Origin: an uncultured virus (IMG/VR IMGVR_UViG_3300011215_000001) | Taxonomy: Duplodnaviria; Heunggongvirae; Uroviricota; Caudoviricetes | Length of the DNA: 20,000 nucleotides | Strand: one strand, 5' to 3' | IMG/VR virus record: IMGVR_UViG_3300011215_000001 | In this document: positions 1 through 9,577 of the stretch, in pieces | How the letters are laid out: each line of letters starts with the position of its first letter | How positions within the stretch are numbered: position 1 is the first letter of the stretch | The notes under the pieces: generated by a model | Databases searched by the model: none | The model's input: the letters and a program-made list of their open reading frames with translations, nothing else | What the model was told of the DNA's origin: nothing | Program-made: the position numbers and the translations under genes

Positions 1-1623
1 CCTCATACGCAAATTAGTGTATCTAGCTTGTTTCACCCCAACATCATTTAGGTCTACAACATTGTCTAGAGCTCTCATTTGAATCTTGATTACTCTCTTT
101 AATAGTGCCAATGGATTTTTTTCTTTTAAAATTCTTTGTAGTGAGATTGATGATAAATTACATGTTACAAAGCTTCCAGACGCTTTAAGAGTTTTGATTA
201 TGCCAGTTTCTTCATCTAGCTCTTCACTTATAACATTAGTTGGACTCATGTTTTGAGCGATTTCTGAACATAAATTTGAAGAGAGAATAATTCCATCGTG
301 CTTATTAGGATTTTGTCTATTTACTTCATCAATAAACATTAAATATGGTGTACCTGTTTCTCTTCTTGCTTTAGCAATTCGTTTCCAGATATCAATTGCA
401 GGGACTCTAGTTTTACTGATTCTTGGATTGTCTACACATTCTTGATATTTTTCTCTGAAACTACCTTCACCATCTTTTTCATCATAGAAGTACTCAAGAG
501 AATAACCCATTTCTGTTTTTATTTCATGTGGACACATCAAATACCAATCTTCTCTTTTTTCAACTTTTTCCATGAATAAATCTGGAATAATTGCCCCATT
601 AAACAAGTTGTGACATCTGATAGAGTCATCACCTGTATTTAATTTCATGTCAACAAAGTCAAAGAAATCTTTGTGCCAAACTTGAAGGTAAACTGCAATT
701 GAACCTTTTCTTGTCCCAAGCTGATTGACAGTTGTTGCAGTGTTGTCTAATTGTTTCAACCATCCCATAATTCCAGAGCCAACACCCTTGTATTCACGAA
801 TTGCTGAACCTTTTGCCCTAACACTACCAACAAATACGCCCAGACCTGCACCATTCTTACTTAAGTCTGCAACATCAGTATTTGAATCATAAATATTTCT
901 TAAGCTATCATCAAGTGTATCAACAAAACAAGATGCATATTGAGCTTTCTCAAGTCCTGCTGTTTTTAGAGTTGGGGTTGCAGGAGTAAGATAAAGTAGA
1001 CTCATTACAAAGTACAGTTCTTTTACATACTCTAAACGCTTTTCCTTTTTCTCATTACGCATTATATCCATTGCAATAATCATCCAACGCTCTTGAGGTA
1101 GCTCGTAAAGGTTTTTATCATGGTCTTTTACTAAATATCGCTCAGACAAAAGAAGTAAGCCTAAATAGTCAAAGAACATATCTCTTTCTGGAACAATAAC
1201 TGATTGAAGTTCATCAATTTCTTGTTTAGAATATGTCTTTAATAACTCTCTGTTGTAGATGCCTTTAGAGCCTAACTTTTTAAGTAAGCCATACAGATTG
1301 CCATACTTTTCTTTTGCGTCATAACCCCTGTTATAACTTGCCTCTTTATATAATTCATTTAAGAGTACATTTCTAGCAACATTTGTCCAATTAGAAGATT
1401 CTTTAGTTATTTCATCTAAAGCATTCAATTTTAACAACTTAGAAATTTCAGTTGCTTCAACTTTTTCTTTTCTTCCAATGACTCCTATTGCTTTACTTTT
1501 GTACTTTTGTAGTGCTTCTGAATCGATATTAGAGCCATTTGCCAGATTATCAATATACTTATTTAATCTGTCAGTAAGGAACTCCATCTTACGATTTCCG
1601 TTGTCCTTTAAAACAATCGTCAT
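1..1623 (-). CDS. nrdA: Class I ribonucleoside-diphosphate reductase alpha subunit with N-terminal ATP cone (3' end outside window)
   Basis: Absent from the ORF track because it is open at the edge. ATG at 1623 with AGAGGT RBS. Hand translation gives MTIVLKDNGNRKMEF (ATP-cone-like start), TPTLKTAG, ASCF, GAGLGVF, GTPYLMFIDEVN and SSNLCSEIAQ (radical Cys codon 270-268, in frame with the start). Confidence 0.93.
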   Translation of the reverse strand, partial: MTIVLKDNGNRKMEFLTDRLNKYIDNLANGSNIDSEALQKYKSKAIGVIGRKEKVEATEISKLLKLNALDEITKESSNWTNVARNVLLNELYKEASYNRGYDAKEKYGNLYGLLKKLGSKGIYNRELLKTYSKQEIDELQSVIVPERDMFFDYLGLLLLSERYLVKDHDKNLYELPQERWMIIAMDIMRNEKKEKRLEYVKELYFVMSLLYLTPATPTLKTAGLEKAQYASCFVDTLDDSLRNIYDSNTDVADLSKNGAGLGVFVGSVRAKGSAIREYKGVGSGIMGWLKQLDNTATTVNQLGTRKGSIAVYLQVWHKDFFDFVDMKLNTGDDSIRCHNLFNGAIIPDLFMEKVEKREDWYLMCPHEIKTEMGYSLEYFYDEKDGEGSFREKYQECVDNPRISKTRVPAIDIWKRIAKARRETGTPYLMFIDEVNRQNPNKHDGIILSSNLCSEIAQNMSPTNVISEELDEETGIIKTLKASGSFVTCNLSSISLQRILKEKNPLALLKRVIKIQMRALDNVVDLNDVGVKQARYTNLRMR

Positions 1624-1643
1624 AACATCTATTACCTCTTTCT

Positions 1644-3335
1644 TTAATTTATTTTATAATCATCAATAAAAATTTGATTTGTAACCACGTATTTTTTTAA
1701 GCCCCAGTTATAGAACTTATTAATTGATAGAGTCCCTATAACTTCTATCTCTGTTACTAGATTGTTGTGGAAATGCTCTTCGATATCTTTCGCATAATCT
1801 TCACTGCTTCTGAATTTAAGCAGTACAAAATTGTTTTCTGCATATAGTTTTATTGTTTCTTTGTTCTTTCCTAGTACAGCACGAACATGTTCACCAAGCT
1901 TACTTGTATGCCCTTCTTCAATCACAATATTTTTAATTCTAAATTTAGGCTCTGGGAAGTTATGACCAGATATTCTAGAAAATTTTTCAACCTGCTTTAT
2001 GTCTATATCAGTAATTTCATCTATGTATACTTCTGCATCATATTCAAAAACTTTTTGCATATCATCTTTTATTAAGCATTCGTTAAAATAATTAATAAAG
2101 TCTTGGATTTTCTCTTTTTTAATCCAAATACCAAAAGCAGGTTCATGTCCTTGAGCTAAATCCACTAACCCAGATTTAGTACACAAGGATTTTAGTTTAA
2201 TAGAGCCTATACCTCTTGCACTACCTCTATATTCAGTAATGCCATCATCATTTATGTATTCAGAAAAAACAAAGCAAGGTTTATTGTATTCTTCAACTAA
2301 TCCAGTAGCTATTAAACCTCTGAATCCAGAATCGATAGAGTTGTCTACAATGATTACTATATTGTCTTCATGTGATTCTTGATTATCAATAATTTCATCA
2401 ATAATTTTCTTTTGTAGTGTCTTTCTATCATCATTTAAAACGATTAGAGATTTAATTATTTCTTTTAACACATCATCATTTTCTGTGGTTAATGCCTGTA
2501 GTGCTAATTCTATTTTGTCAAATCTTGAGCTTGCTCCAAGCATTGGTGCGATTAAAAATGAAATGTCTGTTGATGTTATACCATTTGTAAAATCTGTATT
2601 AGACATTGTAAGTATCATCTTAATGCCCTTATTATGTATTTCGTTTAATCCCATATTAGCTATGTATCGATTTTCCATTACGCTCATATCCATCATATCT
2701 GCTATCATGCCAATAGTTGCCAAATCCCAATACATATCTGATTGTTCAATTCCTAAATATTCATCTAACACTTGGCACACTTTCAAGCACATTGCACTAC
2801 CAGACAAGTTTTTGTTTGCGTACTCTCCAATTTGACAGTTTACTATTGTTGCATATTCGTTTGGTCTATCAGAAATATGATGGTCAATAATAATGATTTC
2901 CTTCCCTTGTTCAACTATAGTCTTACAAGCTTCTGTTGAGTTTGTTGAAGAATCTACTACAACAATTAAATCATCACTATCTTCCAGTAAATGTAGTACT
3001 GTTTCTAGACCATGACCATCTGAACGTTGAGCATGAATAAATCTAATATTTTCAGTTAATTCCTTTAAGTAGTTGAACATTATAGCTGTAGAACATACAC
3101 CATCTGTATCAATGTCTGAAACTACTACAATCCTCTTGTTTTGATGGATAGCCTTGATAATTTTTGTTACTGCAATATCTATGTTTGATAAATCATATGG
3201 ATTCAATAAATACTTACTTGAGGGATTAATCCAATCCCCTACTTTAGAAGGCTTGATGCCCCTAGAAACACATAATTTCTCAAGTATCAAACTATCTTCT
3301 TTAATCAATGCATTGCTTCTTTTAACCCATTTAAT
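1644..3335 (-). CDS. recJ: RecJ-like ssDNA exonuclease (DHH/DHHA1; SPbeta YorK-like)
   Basis: Motifs SDIDTDG, RSDGHGL, VVDSS, IIDHH, IADMM, GSARG and GHEPAFG. The track start (3455) overlaps the upstream gene. The true start is probably ATT at 3335 or GTG at 3344/3347. Confidence 0.9.
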   Translation of the reverse strand: MKWVKRSNALIKEDSLILEKLCVSRGIKPSKVGDWINPSSKYLLNPYDLSNIDIAVTKIIKAIHQNKRIVVVSDIDTDGVCSTAIMFNYLKELTENIRFIHAQRSDGHGLETVLHLLEDSDDLIVVVDSSTNSTEACKTIVEQGKEIIIIDHHISDRPNEYATIVNCQIGEYANKNLSGSAMCLKVCQVLDEYLGIEQSDMYWDLATIGMIADMMDMSVMENRYIANMGLNEIHNKGIKMILTMSNTDFTNGITSTDISFLIAPMLGASSRFDKIELALQALTTENDDVLKEIIKSLIVLNDDRKTLQKKIIDEIIDNQESHEDNIVIIVDNSIDSGFRGLIATGLVEEYNKPCFVFSEYINDDGITEYRGSARGIGSIKLKSLCTKSGLVDLAQGHEPAFGIWIKKEKIQDFINYFNECLIKDDMQKVFEYDAEVYIDEITDIDIKQVEKFSRISGHNFPEPKFRIKNIVIEEGHTSKLGEHVRAVLGKNKETIKLYAENNFVLLKFRSSEDYAKDIEEHFHNNLVTEIEVIGTLSINKFYNWGLKKYVVTNQIFIDDYKIN

Positions 3336-3621
3336 ATAAAACACCACTTTCCAAATAATCAGCCATACGAACAAGCTCACTCGCAAGTTGTCTAGCTTCT
3401 GTAGTGTTAAGAGCATACGTTCTAAACCTATATGCATCGAATATTTCAGATTCAATTGAAACGCTTATAGGTCTAGACAACTTTTTTGCTTGCTCTAGAT
3501 ACAATCCTTTATCCATTCCAGAGTTAGATTTCAGATTCAAAAGCACACCATCTTCGTCTTTTAAAATCACTCCAAACTCTGGAAAGTTAACCTCTACAGC
3601 ATTCTCTTTCTTTTTAGCCAT
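3331..3621 (-). CDS. Hypothetical phage protein (~96 aa)
   Basis: ATG at 3621 preceded by AAGGAG; tightly packed in the operon. Confidence 0.7.
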   Translation of the reverse strand: MAKKKENAVEVNFPEFGVILKDEDGVLLNLKSNSGMDKGLYLEQAKKLSRPISVSIESEIFDAYRFRTYALNTTEARQLASELVRMADYLESGVLY

Positions 3622-3631
3622 ACGAAACTCC

Positions 3632-4312
3632 TTAGAAACCATTTCTTAATAACTTAACATCAGCCTTCTGAACCCCTAGACTGTATGCTTCTGAAACACT
3701 ACCAACCAATATGTCCATTTTCTTTCCTTTTATTGCCCCACCTTTATCTAAGGCTATGGCTTTAAATGTTTTCCCATTGTAACTAATTTCAAGGATAGAA
3801 CCAGTTTTTATAACACTTGGGTCAGTAGCTACAATTCTATATCCTTGATAGTAAACTGTATTCTTTACATTTATCCCTGCCGAAGTAATGCCAGAGCACC
3901 CTTTACATGTTGCGGTATAATGTGAGACTGTAAAAGTACCTAAACTTGTTTGACTTAAACTTTTAGTAGTAGATTTTGATACAGTATTAATGCTTTCTTT
4001 CATTTTCTTTTGTAACAGAGCATTTTCTTCAACATACTTTTTATTCAGCTTTTCAAGGGCATCCATTTTTTGAGAAATGTCTTTGAATTTAATATCTGAT
4101 TCGATTAGATGAGAGTGTAATTCCTTTTGTAATTCATCAATCACATAAGACTGTTGTTCTATTTTGTGACTTGCTTCTGCAATATCTTCTTTACCTTTAT
4201 TAATTTCAGAATATAAGTATATATTCGCACCAATACAAGTAGCTAAGAGTGCCGAAAAGACACACCTTTTTACGATATTTCCTTTAGGCAATTTTTGTAT
4301 AGTTTTTTCCAT
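3632..4312 (-). CDS. 3D-domain (MltA-related) cell-wall enzyme with N-terminal hydrophobic segment and coiled coil (SPbeta YorM-like)
   Basis: C-terminal HYTA..G.TSAG, VATDPSVIKTGS and ALDKGGAIKGKKMDI contain the three conserved Asp. Hydrophobic N-terminus CVFSALLATCIGANIYLY. AAAGGAG RBS before the ATG at 4312. Confidence 0.85.
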   Translation of the reverse strand: MEKTIQKLPKGNIVKRCVFSALLATCIGANIYLYSEINKGKEDIAEASHKIEQQSYVIDELQKELHSHLIESDIKFKDISQKMDALEKLNKKYVEENALLQKKMKESINTVSKSTTKSLSQTSLGTFTVSHYTATCKGCSGITSAGINVKNTVYYQGYRIVATDPSVIKTGSILEISYNGKTFKAIALDKGGAIKGKKMDILVGSVSEAYSLGVQKADVKLLRNGF

Positions 4313-5355
4313 ATTTCTTCTCCTTTGTCAACAGGGCTATCGTCTTCTGCTAATAATCCTAGTCTATCTATGATAAAGAAACATTTTCTTGTTTTTATTT
4401 GTTGCGATTGTTTCTCGATATGTTTAACTTCAATCCCTTTATCAAAGGCAAAAATGATGGTTGCTTCTAATTTTTTTAACATATTCGCTTGAATTGGCGA
4501 TAAATCTGAGCCACATATGGCAACTGTGTTCTTGAAGCCATATTGATATGCTTTCATACAGCTCTTTTCAGATTCAAATACAATTACCTCTCCCTGTTCT
4601 TGTATATATTTAAAAGCTCTGTGGTAATTGTACAATTCAATAGACTTATCGAAGTTATGTAAATAAAGATACTTTACATCTTCTTCAATCTGTTTATCAT
4701 TACCTACATATCTTCCTTTGATTGATATTAGTTCTCCATTTTCATTATGAACTGGAAAAACTACTCTTTCAGATTCCATATCAAACATGACACCAAATTC
4801 TACTTGAGTGCTTAGTTTAATGCCATCTTCAAGGAAATTTTTATGAGGTAATTCAATAAATCTCTTAAAAGCAGTTTCTTCATTTAGTACACGATTTTTT
4901 TTATTCAATCCATATTGATTCTTGGATTTTCTTCTCTTTCTTTTCTTTTGAATGTCTCTTAAAAAAGGGAGTCTGTCTTTAACTTCAACGATTTCATCAA
5001 AGTCATCTTGTATCACTAAATATTCATCCCAATTAAATAAGTTACATACCCATGCTTTTACTTGGTGTATACACTCCCTAAGTTCATCAAAACTCATTAC
5101 TTCATAAAGGATGTATCCAACAACACTATATAAGTCTCCACTAATACCTTTGTTTCGAATTCTTGCAGGTAGACTTTCGCTTACATATACTTGAACAGCT
5201 CTATTGTTTTTTGAGCCAAATTCAACAGGTAAGCCACATTCAAATCTATTCCCAACAAGTTTGACATGTTGACAACCAAGTTCTAATAGAATCTCTTCAA
5301 TCTTATCTTCATCGTAAATCCTTTTTTTGATATCAGATAAATCATTACTTCTCAT
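4270..5355 (-). CDS. DnaG-type DNA primase, TOPRIM domain (SPbeta YorJ-like)
   Basis: RVVFPVHNENGELISIKGR, LYNYHRA, VIVFESEKS and AFDKG; directly downstream of the helicase. Confidence 0.85.
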   Translation of the reverse strand: MRSNDLSDIKKRIYDEDKIEEILLELGCQHVKLVGNRFECGLPVEFGSKNNRAVQVYVSESLPARIRNKGISGDLYSVVGYILYEVMSFDELRECIHQVKAWVCNLFNWDEYLVIQDDFDEIVEVKDRLPFLRDIQKKRKRRKSKNQYGLNKKNRVLNEETAFKRFIELPHKNFLEDGIKLSTQVEFGVMFDMESERVVFPVHNENGELISIKGRYVGNDKQIEEDVKYLYLHNFDKSIELYNYHRAFKYIQEQGEVIVFESEKSCMKAYQYGFKNTVAICGSDLSPIQANMLKKLEATIIFAFDKGIEVKHIEKQSQQIKTRKCFFIIDRLGLLAEDDSPVDKGEEIWKKLYKNCLKEIS

Positions 5356-5385
5356 TCAAATACCTCTTTTAACACATTACTTTAT

Positions 5386-6962
5386 TTAGTATTTGTTGAA
5401 ATCGTCCCTGTAGACATTATCTGTCCATCCTATTTCTTTCCATCTGTTGGAATTAAAATCAACTTCATAAACTAAACAGTCTAGCCCAGTTAAATTAGAT
5501 TGTCCTCTACGATTTTTACTAGTGAACAATAGATAATATACTCTTCCCTTTTTCAGAGTTTTAACTGTTTTAATTAATTTTGTCCCATCGTCACCACTGA
5601 ATGCTTCAATATTATCATCAGAAACACCATCTTGATTAAAGTCATCCTCTGTTACTGGTATCCAATTGTAAACCTTTAATTCTTTTTCTCCACCAGATAA
5701 TTCATGATTGAAGACAGGTCTAAGATGCCAAACTAAATCTGCTACGTTTTTGATTTTTTTACCATCAGCAAGACATTGCTCGTTGAGCCAGTGATTCCCT
5801 ACATATGTATCTGCTTGTTGTACAGTTGTAAACATTGAAAGCCCTAGCCCACCGTCTTTTCTTGCAAGCTTGTAAAGTCTTTCAAAGTCATCTACAAATT
5901 GAGCCCATCGTTCTCTAGAGCCCCCCTCAGAAGGTTTAGCAGTATCGATAATTACACGCTTATAGCCCTGCCTAGCATATTTGCGAACTGTCTTTTCTAC
6001 ATTTTCCATTGTGTAATCTTGTAATGGTACAAGTTTAATTAATGATTTATCTCCAGAATCATCAACCCATTTTACAGCCATTTTGATTTTCTCTAATTCA
6101 TCTGCTGTAAAATTACCTTTGTTCATACTTTTTCTTGTGAATCTAGCTTTATCAAATTGTTCCTTGAATTTTTGGTATAACTCTGTACCCATGACTGTGA
6201 TTAAAAGAATTTTTCTATACTGTGCTAAATCCATTTCATTAGCAATAATAAGTAGTTTTTCTTTTTCAAGGATACATCCCATTACAATAGAATGCATAAC
6301 CCAACTTGTTTTACCATTACCAGAGAAAGCACCAATTATCGATAATGTACCATAAGCCCATCCATTAATAATGTCTGTTAACTTTTTACCTCTGTAGAAT
6401 GGCATTCCTAAATCTGGGTTTTCATTTAGTTCATCAATAAACTTATCCAAATCAGCTAAAACATTATAAGCTACAATAGGTGAATCATTATGTGCAACAT
6501 CAATGTTTAACAATTTTTGATTCCAGTACAACGCAATTTGATTTCGATTAAGTTTTTTATAATCATATTTGTCTGTCTTCTCAAGAACTTTTGAGCCGAA
6601 AAGNNNNNNNNNNCGTATTTTTTGGATTCGTCATAGTAACTTTCAAAGTTTTCTGCCATGCCACTTGCTTCACTCATCAATTCTTCTATGACAGAATATC
6701 CACCAAATTCTTCAAACTTGGAATCTAGCTTTAATTCTTTTACTGCTGTATGTACTGCAACATCATCAAATACAGATAATTTCTTATCCATATACATATG
6801 TCTTCCAAGCCCTAAGAAAAATCCCCAAATCTTATTACCAAGCGATTTTGCGCTTAGTTTTTCTTCATTATATAAATCATATAACTCTGGGTTACTCCAA
6901 AGAATTCCCACTAACAAAGCTTCTTTATTATATGATTCTGCATTGAGTTGCTTAATACTCAT
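5386..6962 (-). CDS. DnaB-like replicative helicase (SPbeta YorI-like), one gene split by the N gap at 6604-6613
   Basis: Walker A GAFSGNGKTS, ANEM, Walker B VIIDT and KNRRG. After the gap the 5386..6531 frame stays open (LFGSKVLEKTDKYDYKKLNRNQIALYWNQK), joining the 6962 N-terminal ORF. Confidence 0.88.
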
Positions 6963-6975
6963 TTAAAACACCCCT

Positions 6976-7611
6976 CTAATCATCATCATCTAATAAAAAG
7001 CTAATATCATCATCATGATGTTTTTTCTTATAAACTACTTCCCTGCTGTCTTCTATAAATGAAGTAACTCTATCTTCATTTTTAGCTTTTGAAATTTCAT
7101 TTTGCATCTTCTTACTTTGTAATGCTTTCTCTGCATCAGTGAGCTTACTAGCCATTACAAACAGTCCATAATTCAACTCAGCCATTAAAGTCTTGAAATT
7201 TTTCCTTTTCCTAGCTTGGTAAATAGCATTCCTAGATAGCCTGTATGCTTCTTCAATTATTCTGTAAGAAACACCCTTCTTATATCTTATTTTCAGCTTT
7301 CTACGAAATCTCTCTGTACCATTTCTTACATCTTGTATTAAGCTCCAAAATTGCGGTGGAAGTTGGTCATGAGCCCCTAACTCGTATATTACTTTTAGGT
7401 ACTCATTCAATGAATCTCTTTCTTCATCTTCTTTTCGTAAAAATTCATTTTTCTTCTTTTGCAACTCTAGGCATTCATGATGGTAATACTCTTTTTTTAT
7501 CTTCCCAGTATTTTCAGAGATTTTTTCAACCACAGCTAGCTCATGCTTAAGTTTGGTTGGATGTGTTTTATTTTTGCATTTATCATATTTGCAAACTACA
7601 TAACCTGCCAT
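6976..7611 (-). CDS. Zn-finger replication accessory protein (YorH-position; possible helicase loader/initiator)
   Basis: CKYDKC...YYHHEC metal-binding pattern, acidic C-terminus DDDISFLLDDDD, AGGAG RBS, located just upstream of the helicase. Confidence 0.6.
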   Translation of the reverse strand: MAGYVVCKYDKCKNKTHPTKLKHELAVVEKISENTGKIKKEYYHHECLELQKKKNEFLRKEDEERDSLNEYLKVIYELGAHDQLPPQFWSLIQDVRNGTERFRRKLKIRYKKGVSYRIIEEAYRLSRNAIYQARKRKNFKTLMAELNYGLFVMASKLTDAEKALQSKKMQNEISKAKNEDRVTSFIEDSREVVYKKKHHDDDISFLLDDDD

Positions 7612-7621
7612 TTGATTTCTC

Positions 7622-8136
7622 CTAACTAATTGTGTTTAAGATAAATGAAGCTGTCTTATGTATATCTTGTGTTCCATCTATGACAAAATCTGTTTCAAGA
7701 TTTATAAAATCCTGTCTATCTGCCTTGATTCTTCTTTCTATTTCCTGCTAGAGTCGCCTCTTTTTAAGAGCCTTTCTCTTCTGCAATTTTCATTTACATA
7801 AAAATAAAAAGATACCAATTTATGTTTTTTGTCTTCTTTTAGTTTTTTGTATCCTTTTGGTGTAGTCACTAAAATATAGTTAACACCTTTGTCAACCTCT
7901 GATAATGACAAACCATACATCCAACCACCATATATTGATTCCTCAACAAAACAGCCTTCATTCGACATTTCTGTAAATTTCTTTTCAGAAATGAAATGAT
8001 AATCTACACCATCTATCTCATTTTCTCTCTGCTCTCTTGTTGTATATAAGGTAATTTTTTTCAATCCTTGATTGGTGAGAATTTTTTCGACTGTACTTTT
8101 GCCAGAGCCACTATGCCCTATTATGCAAGCAATCAA
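7622..8136 (-). pseudogene. gmk: Guanylate kinase-like protein interrupted by a single frameshift near 7745-7750 (or a sequencing error)
   Basis: GHSGSGKST, YTTREQRENEIDGVDYHF and YG motifs. The ORF stops at 7738, but the -1 frame continues QEIERRIKADRQDFINLETDFVIDGTQDIHKTASFILNTIS* to 7622, a typical kinase C-terminus. Confidence 0.8.
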
Positions 8137-8181
8137 AAGAACACCACCTATTTACTTAAGTACTTTATTAATCATTCGTTG

Positions 8182-8427
8182 TTACCATTCTTTTTTTACG
8201 CTAGGTGTGAAATCATCACTAGAAATTTTATCCATTTCTTTTTCTTCTCCACTAGCAACAATGCGTCCATGCTCACTATTGAGCACATTCACAAACATCT
8301 TTGCAATTATTTCTTCCATGAACATACCGACCTCTTTTTTTATGTCATTAGAGACATCATAAAAATAAGCCTTGTACTTATATTCATCTTTAGAGCCTTG
8401 AATTTCCTTGTAAAAGTAAACATTCAT
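8182..8427 (-). CDS. Small hypothetical protein
   Basis: Co-oriented ORF filling the operon gap; start at ATG 8427 or GTG 8442. Confidence 0.6.
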   Translation of the reverse strand: MNVYFYKEIQGSKDEYKYKAYFYDVSNDIKKEVGMFMEEIIAKMFVNVLNSEHGRIVASGEEKEMDKISSDDFTPSVKKEW

Positions 8428-8457
8428 CTTTTCCCAAAGCACCTTTCTAAAATTGAT

Positions 8458-8503
8458 TAGAGAGCCTGTTAAGGGCTTCTAAAGCTACATAACAGGCTCT
8501 CTA
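8458..8503. terminator. Long stem-loop (terminator/attenuator or RNA processing site) after the AAA ATPase gene
   Basis: Perfect 14-bp arms TAGAGAGCCTGTTA/TAACAGGCTCTCTA with an 18-nt loop; weak U tract on the minus strand. Confidence 0.55.
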
Positions 8504-8508
8504 TAACA

Positions 8509-9543
8509 TCAACCCAAAATTTCTTTAGTAATTTCTAATGCTCTCACTAAATTTTCTTCTGGATATTTTTTGTAATTCACACTTTTGAATTCAGCTTTTA
8601 ATTGCTTCTTCAATTCGTCTTGTTGCTCTTTAGTCATCTTAGAAACATTTTCTGAGATTTCATCAACAATTTGTGTAGAACCTAGCTTTTCAGATTTCTC
8701 TTTTGCTTCTGACTCAATTTTCTCCATCTTTTCTCGATGTTGTCTTTCACTGATTTCTTCAAAGGATTCTTCAATACCATGCTCTTTAAGCACCTTCATG
8801 ATACTTTGCTTAAATGCTTCTTGATATTTTTCCATTGCTTCATCTTCTGTATCAAAATCAATATCTTCTTCAAGATATACTCGACTGCCAGATGCACTCA
8901 TATCAGAACTCTTAGTAACAAGAACTCGTTTTGCCTCTTCGCCAATCACTCTTCTTTCACCATACATGATGAAATCAACTAATGGCATAATGATTTGTTC
9001 TAATCTGTCAGGCATAGTAGAACTGTATACATCGTATGGTTCTGCATTTTTCGGCTTGATAGTCTTAACCTTAGAGTGAACTAAGAATAATGTCGAAAAT
9101 CCTAAAGCATGAAGGCGACTTATTTCTTTATTAAAGAACTTGTCTCTTGCAGGATAGAAACCACCATGAGGGACTTCGGAAGGCTTTTTATAAGTTTTAT
9201 TATCAGCCCTACCTAGTTGTCGCAATGTATATGGTTCACACATATCATAAGCCTTTGTAATAGTATCGAAAACAATTGTTTGAATATCATCACCAATATC
9301 CAAACGATTTTCTTCTAATTTATTCACAAACGAAATGAAATCATTCCAAGAACTCATTTTCTTAACAACGTTTGCTACTTGTCTCTTAGTTCCATCTTCA
9401 AATGGTACAATAATAGATTTAGGGAATTTAGATGCAGTAGTAGTTTTACCAAATTTAGGTTCAGCAATAAAGATACCACTGTAATCTGTAAAATTCACCT
9501 TTGGGATATTTTTTTCAACCCCAAGAATAGATAAATCAAACAT
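8509..9543 (-). CDS. AAA-family P-loop ATPase, Sak4-like recombination protein (SPbeta YorG-like)
   Basis: Walker A variant AEPKFGKTT, FEDG, Walker B IVFDT, LVHSK; adjacent to the SSB-like gene; GGAGG RBS. Confidence 0.78.
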   Translation of the reverse strand: MFDLSILGVEKNIPKVNFTDYSGIFIAEPKFGKTTTASKFPKSIIVPFEDGTKRQVANVVKKMSSWNDFISFVNKLEENRLDIGDDIQTIVFDTITKAYDMCEPYTLRQLGRADNKTYKKPSEVPHGGFYPARDKFFNKEISRLHALGFSTLFLVHSKVKTIKPKNAEPYDVYSSTMPDRLEQIIMPLVDFIMYGERRVIGEEAKRVLVTKSSDMSASGSRVYLEEDIDFDTEDEAMEKYQEAFKQSIMKVLKEHGIEESFEEISERQHREKMEKIESEAKEKSEKLGSTQIVDEISENVSKMTKEQQDELKKQLKAEFKSVNYKKYPEENLVRALEITKEILG

Positions 9544-9577
9544 ATTAACATTTCCTCCAGTGTACTTTATTCAGCTT

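Noticed and set aside
1882..1892. GAACATGTTC as an SOS box
   Set aside because: The spacer is 2 nt rather than 4, and it lies within recJ.
6507..6962. Split helicase or programmed frameshift
   Set aside because: The frame change coincides with the 10-N scaffold gap at 6604-6613, so it is an assembly artefact.
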